Source: Methanoculleus sp. (lineage in GTDB: Archaea; Halobacteriota; Methanomicrobia; Methanomicrobiales; Methanoculleaceae). Taken from it: DNA of 64,000 nucleotides. The stretch's first letter is position 1. Every line of letters starts with the position of its first letter. The position numbers and the translations under genes are program-made. Positions 56,884 through 64,000 of the stretch are shown piece by piece. The stretch is from positions 255 through 64,254 of the forward strand of contig NZ_JASEFJ010000009.1 in the NCBI RefSeq assembly GCF_030019085.1, written 5' to 3'. The notes under the pieces are model-generated. The model ran no database searches. It was not told where the DNA came from and saw only the letters and a list, made by a program, of their open reading frames with translations.

Positions 56884-58134
56884 ATGTGGCAGGCGCTGGA
56901 TATCGAGGCCTGGATTGCCGGGCGACGGTCTGACCTTGACCGGGTCAAAAAACCCGTCTCTGAGATCATCGCAAAGGTGCGGGCGGAAGGCGACGCCGCT
57001 CTCCTCGACCTGACGAAGAGGTTTGACGGCATCGACCTCGAGGAGATAGCCGTCCCCGAAGAGGAACTGGAAGCGGCCTACGACCGGGTAGATACCCGAC
57101 TGGTGGAGAGCCTGGTGGAGGCAGAGGCGCGGATAAGCGCGTTCCACGAGTTGCAGCGCGGACGCGACCTCTGGCTCCAGGAGATGGAGCCCGGGATCAC
57201 CCTCGGCGTCAGGACGACGCCCCTATCCCGTGTGGGGGCATACGTCCCCGGTGGACGTGCGGCATACCCCTCCACCGCCCTTATGTGCACCGTCCCGGCG
57301 AAGGTTGCCGGTGTATCTGAGATCTGCTGCTGCACCCCGCCGCCGGTAAACCCGATCACCCTCGTCGCCCTCGATATAGCCGGCGTGGACGAGGTCTACC
57401 GTATCGGCGGCGCCCAGGCTATCGCGGCGATGGCCGTCGGGACAGAGACCGTCCCTCGTGTGGAAAAGATCGTCGGCCCCGGGAACGTCTACGTCACCGC
57501 CGCGAAGATGCTCCTCCGGGACGAGGTCGAGATCGACTTCCCCGCGGGTCCAAGCGAGATCGCCGTCCTCGCCGATGAAACGGCCAACCCGACCTTCATC
57601 GCCGCCGATATCCTGGCCCAGGCCGAGCACGACCCCAACGCCGCCTGCGTCCTTGTGACCACCCACCCGGATCTCGCCGATCTCGTCGGCGCTGAGGTGG
57701 ACCGGATGGTCGCCGGGTCAGAACGCCACGAGATCATCAGAAAAGCGCTTGAGAACTCGGGCTACGTCCTGGTCAGGGACCTCGACGAGGGTGTGGCGAC
57801 GATCGATGCGATCGCTCCCGAGCACCTCTCGATCCAGGTCTCCGACCCGCTCGCCGTCTTAAACCGCGTCAGGAACGCCGGGTCGATCTTCGTCGGGCCA
57901 TACGCCGCGGTGGCCTGCGGTGACTACGCCTCCGGGACAAACCACGTCCTCCCCACAGCGGGCTACGCTGCCATATACTCGGGGCTCGATCTCAACCACT
58001 TCTGCCGGCGCTCGACCGTCCAGGTGATCAGCCGCGAGGGGCTTTTAGCCATCGCTGACGTTGTGGAGACGATCGCCGACGCCGAAGGGCTCCACGCCCA
58101 CGCGGAGTCGGTGCGGGTTCGGAGAAGAAGGTGA
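56884..58134 (+). CDS. hisD: Histidinol dehydrogenase
   Basis: 416 aa with GPGNVYVTAAK, AGPSE and AQAEHD motifs. Confidence 0.95.
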   Translation: MWQALDIEAWIAGRRSDLDRVKKPVSEIIAKVRAEGDAALLDLTKRFDGIDLEEIAVPEEELEAAYDRVDTRLVESLVEAEARISAFHELQRGRDLWLQEMEPGITLGVRTTPLSRVGAYVPGGRAAYPSTALMCTVPAKVAGVSEICCCTPPPVNPITLVALDIAGVDEVYRIGGAQAIAAMAVGTETVPRVEKIVGPGNVYVTAAKMLLRDEVEIDFPAGPSEIAVLADETANPTFIAADILAQAEHDPNAACVLVTTHPDLADLVGAEVDRMVAGSERHEIIRKALENSGYVLVRDLDEGVATIDAIAPEHLSIQVSDPLAVLNRVRNAGSIFVGPYAAVACGDYASGTNHVLPTAGYAAIYSGLDLNHFCRRSTVQVISREGLLAIADVVETIADAEGLHAHAESVRVRRRR

Positions 58135-58177
58135 GCTGGCGCAAGCCTCCTCTGATAGGGTCTTGCCGGTTCTGCAT

Positions 58178-58188
58178 GTATTTTATCC
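58178..58188 (+). promoter_or_regulatory. Putative TATA box for copA (leaderless)
   Basis: GTATTTTATCC is centred about 27 nt upstream of the ATG at 58210. Confidence 0.45.
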
Positions 58189-58209
58189 GCATGGACAGAG
58201 GTGATCGTC

Positions 58210-60666
58210 ATGCCGGATGAGAAGCGGAAGGCGGAACTGAAGGTCACCGGGATGCACTGTGCGTCCTGCGCTCTCAACGTGGAGCGTGCTCTAACGGCCA
58301 GGGAGGGCGTCCATGACGCCCGTGTCAACCTGGCCACGGAGACCGCCAGCGTCGACTACGACCCTGCAAAGACCACCATCGCCGATCTTGAGCGGGCGGT
58401 CACCGATGCCGGTTACGGTGTCCTGAAGAGCACCGCCACCGTCAGGATCGGCGGGATGGTCTGTGCCTCCTGCGCAAGCGTTGTTGAGGCCTCGCTCACC
58501 GGTCTCGAGGGCGTCTACGAGGCCAGGGTCAACCTTGCCGCCGATAACGCTCAAATAGTCTACAACCCGGAACTGGTCACGATCGCGGATATCCGGGCCG
58601 CCATCGAGGATGCTGGTTACCAGTACCTGGGGCTCGAGGAGGAGATCCCCGCGGACACCGAGGAGAAGATGCGCGAGGAAGACCTCCGCGCCAAGTTCCG
58701 GCGGTTCACCATCGGGTTTGCGGTGAGCATCCCGCTGTTTCTGATCATGCTCCTCGGCATACCGGGTATGCTCGCGCTTCCTGTCTCCTTTAACCTGATC
58801 CTGCTCATAATCACCCTGCCTGTCTTCGTCTACGTCAGCGCCCCCATCTTTAAGGCGGCCGCTGCGGCGCTCCGTCACCGGGCGCTGACGATGGACGTTA
58901 TGTACGCGATGGGCATCGGTGTTGCCTACGGTGCAAGCATACTCGGGACATTTGAGGTCCTCCTTACCCCGGAGTTCGTCTTCTACGACACCGCCGTTAT
59001 GCTGGCCTCGTTTCTCACGCTCGGTCGATACCTCGAGGCCCGGGCAAAGGGGAGGACATCTGATGCAATCAGGAACCTTGTAGGCCTGCGGCCGAAGACC
59101 GCGACGGTTATCCGGGACGGCGGGGAGGTCGAGGTCCCGGTGGAGGCGGTTCTCCCCGGCGACATCATCCTTGTCCGGCCAGGGGAGAAGGTGCCTGTGG
59201 ACGGTGTGGTCGTTGGCGGGGAGAGTTCCGTCGACGAGTCGATGATCACCGGCGAACCCATCCCGGTCGAGAGGCGGGAGGGTGACGAGGTCGTCGGTGG
59301 AACCCTGAACGTGAACGGCGTCCTCCGCGTCCGTGCCGAGCGGGTCGGGAAGGATATGGTTCTTGCACAGATCATAAGGCTTGTCCGGGAGGCCCAGGGC
59401 TCAAAGCCGTCTGTTGAGCGGATCGCCGACGTCGCGGTCTCCTACTTCATCCCGGCCGTTCTTGCAATCGCCACTGCCGCGTTCCTGGTCTGGTACTTCG
59501 TCCTCGATGCCTCGCTCCTCTTCGCTCTCACCGTGCTGATCTCCGTCCTGGTGGTCGCCTGCCCCTGTGCGCTCGGTCTTGCCACCCCGACCGCCGTGAC
59601 CGTCGGGATCGGCCGTGGCGCAGAACTCGGTCTGCTTATCAGGAACGGCGAGGCGCTCGAGGTCTCAGAGAGGTTGACCACGGTCGTCTTTGACAAGACC
59701 GGGACACTCACCCGCGGAAAACCGGACGTCACCGATATCGTTCCGTTCGGGGTTACGGAGGAGAGACTCCTATCTGTCGCTGCGGCGGTCGAGTCAAACT
59801 CGGAGCACCCGCTTGCAGCGGCGGTCGTGCGCCGGGCGGAGAGCGCGGGTCTTGTGCTTCCTGCACCGGAGCGGTTCACGGCCTTCGGCGGTCGTGGTGT
59901 GAGCGCCCTTGTGGAGGGCGCTGAGGTGCTGATCGGAAACCTGCCCTTCCTCACAGAGCACGGGGTCACCATCCCGCCGGAAGCGCAGGAGAGGATCGCC
60001 GCCCTCCAGGACGGCGGGAAGACCGTGGTTCTGGTCGCCGTCGGTGGGGCACTTTGGGGGGTCATCGGTATCGCCGACACCCTCAAACCGACGGCAAAGA
60101 GCGCGGTTTCGGAACTGAAGAGGATGGGACTTACCGTGATGATGCTCACCGGCGACAACGAGCGGACGGCAACCGCGATCGCCCGGGAGGTCGGGATCGA
60201 GAACGTCCGTGCCGGGGTGTTGCCGCAGGGGAAGGTTGAGGAGGTCCGCGCCCTCCAGCAGCAGGGCGAGGTCGTGGCCTTCGTCGGCGACGGGATCAAT
60301 GATGCCCCGGCACTTGCGCAGGCGGACGTCGGGATCGCCATCGGGAGCGGGACGGATGTTGCGATAGAGAGCGGGGATATCGTCCTCATCCGCGACGATC
60401 TGACCGACGTGGTCGCGGCTATCCAGGTCTCCCGGAAGGTGATCTCCCGGATCAGGCAGAACCTCTTCTGGGCGTTCGCCTACAACGCCGCCCTGATACC
60501 TCTTGCCGCGGGTCTGCTCTACCCCTTCTTCGGTGTCACCTTCCGCCCGGAACTTGCGGCGCTTGCGATGGCGCTGTCCTCGGTGACGGTCGTCTCGCTA
60601 TCCCTGATGCTCAAGACTTATATACCTCCGGTGAAGAGATTGGAGGTTGATACAGATGGCAATTGA
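58210..60666 (+). CDS. copA: Copper-translocating P1B-type ATPase with two N-terminal HMA domains
   Basis: Motifs GMHCASC and GMVCASC, CPC in a TM helix, DKTGTLT and GDGINDAP. The start is set at ATG 58210 because the GTG at 58201 is too close to the TATA box. Confidence 0.95.
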   Translation: MPDEKRKAELKVTGMHCASCALNVERALTAREGVHDARVNLATETASVDYDPAKTTIADLERAVTDAGYGVLKSTATVRIGGMVCASCASVVEASLTGLEGVYEARVNLAADNAQIVYNPELVTIADIRAAIEDAGYQYLGLEEEIPADTEEKMREEDLRAKFRRFTIGFAVSIPLFLIMLLGIPGMLALPVSFNLILLIITLPVFVYVSAPIFKAAAAALRHRALTMDVMYAMGIGVAYGASILGTFEVLLTPEFVFYDTAVMLASFLTLGRYLEARAKGRTSDAIRNLVGLRPKTATVIRDGGEVEVPVEAVLPGDIILVRPGEKVPVDGVVVGGESSVDESMITGEPIPVERREGDEVVGGTLNVNGVLRVRAERVGKDMVLAQIIRLVREAQGSKPSVERIADVAVSYFIPAVLAIATAAFLVWYFVLDASLLFALTVLISVLVVACPCALGLATPTAVTVGIGRGAELGLLIRNGEALEVSERLTTVVFDKTGTLTRGKPDVTDIVPFGVTEERLLSVAAAVESNSEHPLAAAVVRRAESAGLVLPAPERFTAFGGRGVSALVEGAEVLIGNLPFLTEHGVTIPPEAQERIAALQDGGKTVVLVAVGGALWGVIGIADTLKPTAKSAVSELKRMGLTVMMLTGDNERTATAIAREVGIENVRAGVLPQGKVEEVRALQQQGEVVAFVGDGINDAPALAQADVGIAIGSGTDVAIESGDIVLIRDDLTDVVAAIQVSRKVISRIRQNLFWAFAYNAALIPLAAGLLYPFFGVTFRPELAALAMALSSVTVVSLSLMLKTYIPPVKRLEVDTDGN

Positions 60667-60805
60667 TCCGGTATGCAAGATGGAGGTCAATGAGGCGACC
60701 GCCAGGTTCAAGACCGAGTATAAGGGCAGGACTTACTACTTCTGCGCCCCCGGGTGCAAGAAACTCTTCGAGCGCGACCCGGAGGCCTACCTGAAGAACT
60801 CGTGA
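60656..60805 (+). CDS. YHS-domain small metal-binding protein
   Basis: 49 aa and below the ORF-track cutoff: [49 protein letters not shown]. It overlaps the copA 3' end by 11 nt. Confidence 0.7.
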   Translation: MAIDPVCKMEVNEATARFKTEYKGRTYYFCAPGCKKLFERDPEAYLKNS

Positions 60806-60827
60806 TCCTTTTCTGGCGGGGGCGCTA

Positions 60828-61784
60828 TCAGAACCTGTAGACCGCGCCCCCGCACCTTCCACCATGCCGCCCCTCTCCGGGGGCAAGGTCGGTGGTATCG
60901 TCGCAGACCCCGCGGAGGAGGGCGCTTGCGTTATCGGCGAAGTGGACTGCCCAGGCCTCCGGGGTCCGGGGCTGGATCTCGCCGTGGGGGCCGTGGTGCG
61001 ACATGATGATGTGGAGGATGTGCGCGAACCGTGCAGGGTCGACCCCGTCGGCGTGCTGCATGACCGCAGCGGCCCCGATCGCGGTGTGCCCGATGAGGGT
61101 GTACTCGGGGAGGGTGACAAACGAGAAACCCTGACGCCGGAAACAGGAGGCTTTCCCGACGTCGTGGAGGAGGGCGCCGGCGAGGAGGACGTCGGTATCC
61201 ATCGTCACCCGCCTGACGTTCCCGGCCAGTGCAAATGCGTTCTCCGCGGTCTCGAGGGTGTGCTCGGCAAGTCCGCCGGTGCAGGCGTGGTGGCGTGATT
61301 TCGCCGCCGGGGCTTCGAAGAACCCCGGTGTCTCCTCGAGAACCCGGCCGACGAGCGACGAGATGCCGGCGTCCCTGATCATCGCGGCCATGCGTGCCAG
61401 ACCCTGGCGGACGGCGGCGGTGTCTACGGGGGCGTAGACAAAGAGGGAGGGGTCGACCCCCTCCAGGGGCAGGGGCTCTGCCAGTGAGAAGATGCCCTCG
61501 TTGACGTTGACCTCGCACGTGCCGTTGTAGACCTTCGCGTAGCCCGCGATACGGTAGACCTCTCCCTGCCTGATCCCGTGGTAGAACGCCTCTATCTCTT
61601 CGGCGCTCTGGTTCCCCGTCCCCCAGACCTTGCAGGTTCCACGACCGCTGCGGTCGGATATGGTGAGGTGGATGTACTTCCCGCCGTCCTTCTTCTCCCG
61701 GATCTCTGCCGAATCCACAACGAATGGTGCGTCGACCGGGACACCGCCGGTTATATCCCCGACAAAGACCTTCTTCTCGATCAC
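60828..61784 (-). CDS. OB-fold plus HD-domain phosphohydrolase (YhaM/Cbf1-like 3'-5' exoribonuclease family)
   Basis: 318 aa with an N-terminal OB-like region and HD motifs HTLETA, LLHDVGK and IIMSHHG. Confidence 0.7.
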   Translation of the reverse strand: MIEKKVFVGDITGGVPVDAPFVVDSAEIREKKDGGKYIHLTISDRSGRGTCKVWGTGNQSAEEIEAFYHGIRQGEVYRIAGYAKVYNGTCEVNVNEGIFSLAEPLPLEGVDPSLFVYAPVDTAAVRQGLARMAAMIRDAGISSLVGRVLEETPGFFEAPAAKSRHHACTGGLAEHTLETAENAFALAGNVRRVTMDTDVLLAGALLHDVGKASCFRRQGFSFVTLPEYTLIGHTAIGAAAVMQHADGVDPARFAHILHIIMSHHGPHGEIQPRTPEAWAVHFADNASALLRGVCDDTTDLAPGEGRHGGRCGGAVYRF

Positions 61785-61859
61785 AGTGGCCAGCTCTCCT
61801 GAGAGAATCTTCTATCCCGGACGGAACATAAAGCCCGGTGGTCTGTTCGCCGGCGAGGC

Positions 61860-63509
61860 TCAGGCCGACCCCGCCTGACCCTTCTGCCGGGCGTAACGTT
61901 CGGCAAGCGAGTTCAGCGTCTCGATCTCGTCCAGACTCTTGTCTTCACGCACCCGGACAAACCGGGGGAACCGGAGGGCATACCCGCTCTCATAGTTCGG
62001 GCTTGTCTGGATCTCGGAGTAACCGACCTCGAAGACCACACCGGGCTCGAGCCTGACCTCTTTTCCAGATCTGGCAATCACCCTGTCCTTGAAGAGGTCA
62101 TAGAGGTCTGCCAGAACGTCGTCTGTGATCCCGGTCGCCACCTTCCCGACGGGGAGGAGGCGGCCCGTTTCGTCCTGGACGGCGAGCAGGAACGACCCGA
62201 ACATCCCGCCCCTCCGGCCCTCGCCCCACTCGGCGCCGATAACGGCAAGGTCGAGTGTCTCGACCCCGGGTTTCACCTTCACCCAGAGTCGGCCGCGGAC
62301 ACCCGGGGTGTAGGGGGCGTCCAGGACCTTCACCATAATACCCTCGTGCCCGAGGTCCAGGGCCCCGGCGTAGATCTCTTCTGCCCGGGCGGGGTCGTCG
62401 GTCCTGAACTGTGGGGCAACGTGGGCGTTAAGGGTCTTCTCGAGGTTTTCCCGCCGCTCTGAGAAGGGCCGGTCGACCAGCGACTCGCCGTCCAGGTAGA
62501 GGATATCGAAGACCTGGGGGACGAGTTCTATCTGCTCCATCATCGAGTCGATCTCGTGTTTCCGCCGGAACCGCCGGATCACGTACTGGAAGGGCATGGG
62601 TCTCCCATCGCGGACGGCGATCGCCTCGCCGTCCAGGATGACGTCATGGTCGGTGGCCTCCATGAGGTGGCGTGCGATGTCGGGGATGCTCTCCGTGACG
62701 TCTTCCAGTTTCCGTGAGTAGATCCTGTAACTGTCGCCGACCTTGTGGAACTGGAACCGGCTGCCGTCGTATTTGTACTCGACCGCCACGGTGCCGTGTT
62801 CGGCGATCTGGTCGGCGATGGTGCCCGCCTGCGCAAGCATCATCTTCACCGGCCTGAACGGCCTGATCCTGACGCGGGAGAGTTCTTCAGGGTTCTTCCG
62901 GGCGAGGAGGGCGACCTCACCGAGGTCGTTTATCACCTGCTGGGCATGCTCAACAAGGTGAACGTCTACCCCGAAGGCCCGGGCGATGGCGTCGCGGACG
63001 TTTCCTTCGCCCATGCCGATCCGGAGTTCTTCGAGCATCAGTCTGGCCAGGTAACGCCCCTCTATAGGGCGGGCGTTGCCAAAGAGTCCCTGCGCAATGC
63101 GGAGTTTCTCTCGCTGTGACCGCTGCCCTTCGGCGGCCGCTATCCGTTCAAAACCCTGGTAGACGTCGAGGAGTTCGAGGTCCTGGATGAAGAACGAGGT
63201 CTGTTCTTTCTTTGCCAGGAGTTCCTCGACCGCAAGCCCCACGTCGCCTGTCCTGTTGACCGCTTCAAGGACGGTCTCTCGCTTCACGCCGGCGACGTAG
63301 GCCACGGCGTCGTAGAGGAGGTTTGGACCCACTCCGAGTTTTTTGGTACTCCAGTCGGGAAAGATCCTGCCCATGATGAACCGGACGAAGATGGGGAGGT
63401 CGGTCTCGTCAAGCCCGGGGAGGACAGAGGCGACCGTCTCGATCATCTCCAGGCGCCCGGAGATCCCTTCAAGATGTTCGCATATGCGAGCGAACTCCAG
63501 AAACTGCAT
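61860..63509 (-). CDS. lig: ATP-dependent DNA ligase
   Basis: Trimmed to [11 protein letters not shown]. Adenylation motif [10 protein letters not shown], plus a DNA-binding domain and an OB domain. Confidence 0.95.
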   Translation of the reverse strand: MQFLEFARICEHLEGISGRLEMIETVASVLPGLDETDLPIFVRFIMGRIFPDWSTKKLGVGPNLLYDAVAYVAGVKRETVLEAVNRTGDVGLAVEELLAKKEQTSFFIQDLELLDVYQGFERIAAAEGQRSQREKLRIAQGLFGNARPIEGRYLARLMLEELRIGMGEGNVRDAIARAFGVDVHLVEHAQQVINDLGEVALLARKNPEELSRVRIRPFRPVKMMLAQAGTIADQIAEHGTVAVEYKYDGSRFQFHKVGDSYRIYSRKLEDVTESIPDIARHLMEATDHDVILDGEAIAVRDGRPMPFQYVIRRFRRKHEIDSMMEQIELVPQVFDILYLDGESLVDRPFSERRENLEKTLNAHVAPQFRTDDPARAEEIYAGALDLGHEGIMVKVLDAPYTPGVRGRLWVKVKPGVETLDLAVIGAEWGEGRRGGMFGSFLLAVQDETGRLLPVGKVATGITDDVLADLYDLFKDRVIARSGKEVRLEPGVVFEVGYSEIQTSPNYESGYALRFPRFVRVREDKSLDEIETLNSLAERYARQKGQAGSA

Positions 63510-63608
63510 ACCCATATCCCTTCTGTAGTAACTTTCCCGGTGGGGGCCAATCAACCCTTCTGTCCGGTTCTGCACGATTGATGTGGTGGCACTCCCTATA
63601 CCTTACTC

Positions 63609-63842
63609 ATGCAGCAGGATGAAGAACTCAAGGAGATGTTACGTGACCTCATCTGGCTCAATGCACTGATCGCGACGGAACTGATCCAGATCACGGAGAA
63701 CACGTCTGAGATCCTCAGGCTGGCGGCCCCGCCGGCGTCATGTATCGCTGAACACACGGCTCTCCGGGCGACGGCGCTCGATATCGCTGACCGTTACCGG
63801 CCGGGGACGATGCTCCGGCAGCACGTTGAGAAGCACCGGTGA
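63609..63842 (+). CDS. Hypothetical small helical protein
   Basis: 77-aa ORF with no recognisable motif. Its position between lig and the next gene is compatible with a real gene. Confidence 0.3.
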   Translation: MQQDEELKEMLRDLIWLNALIATELIQITENTSEILRLAAPPASCIAEHTALRATALDIADRYRPGTMLRQHVEKHR

Positions 63843-63904
63843 TGGTGGTTGGTATCCCAAACACTCAAGAACCCTATGAACAGATCCATGATCGGTGAGG
63901 TCTG

Positions 63905-64000
63905 ATGAAACTCTTGATTGCGATTGCACCGGAGCGGTTCAGGGATGAGGAGCTGGAGGTCCCGCTACGGGCTTTCAGGGAGGCCGGGATCGATGTTGAT
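63905..64000 (+). CDS. DJ-1/PfpI-family protein, N-terminal fragment (cut by window edge)
   Basis: Manual translation gives MKLLIAIAPERFRDEELEVPLRAFREAGIDVD..., which matches the N-terminal pattern of DJ-1/PfpI proteins. Confidence 0.5.
   Translation, partial: MKLLIAIAPERFRDEELEVPLRAFREAGIDVD

Overview
High-GC archaeal chromosome segment, most consistent with a methanogen of the Methanomicrobiales (Methanoculleus-like). That assignment is inferred from gene content and not verified. The window is densely packed, syntenic core genome. It holds pyruvate kinase, a cbiMNQO ECF transporter divergent from an a,c-diamide synthase, and cbf5-hemD. It also holds nop5-fibrillarin, ileS, two moeA paralogs, and the conserved ftsZ-secE-spt5-L11-L1-P0-P1 cluster. 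Further along are hypF, an archaea-specific SF2 helicase operon, apgM, the S3Ae-Pcc1-RecJ-S15 cluster, endA-trpS-pheS-pheT, hisF, ahcY, hisD, copA plus a YHS mini-gene, and DNA ligase. Two tRNAs were found by hand: Ser-GGA and Gly-CCC. I recognised no rRNA, CRISPR array, transposase, integrase or known defence system. The most interesting observation is a dispersed, degenerate GC-rich repeat module that occupies every unusually long intergenic spacer in the window. There are three clear copies and one weaker one, with ordered sequence blocks, conserved spacing and a GGCGATT/AATCGCC inverted-repeat pair. It could be a structured ncRNA family or a miniature-element relic. Other findings are listed here.
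- An ASCH-domain gene broken by a frameshift in a homopolymer, inside a small AT-richer islet abutting tRNA-Gly.
- A CbiO ATPase with an unassigned ~115-aa C-terminal domain.
- A transmembrane double bactofilin-like protein translationally coupled to a methyltransferase.
- A long-form DtdA with an RNase Z-like motif.
- 115 nt of near-identical DNA shared by the 3' ends of the P0 and P1 stalk genes.
All alignments and motif calls were made by eye; no database search or computation was run.
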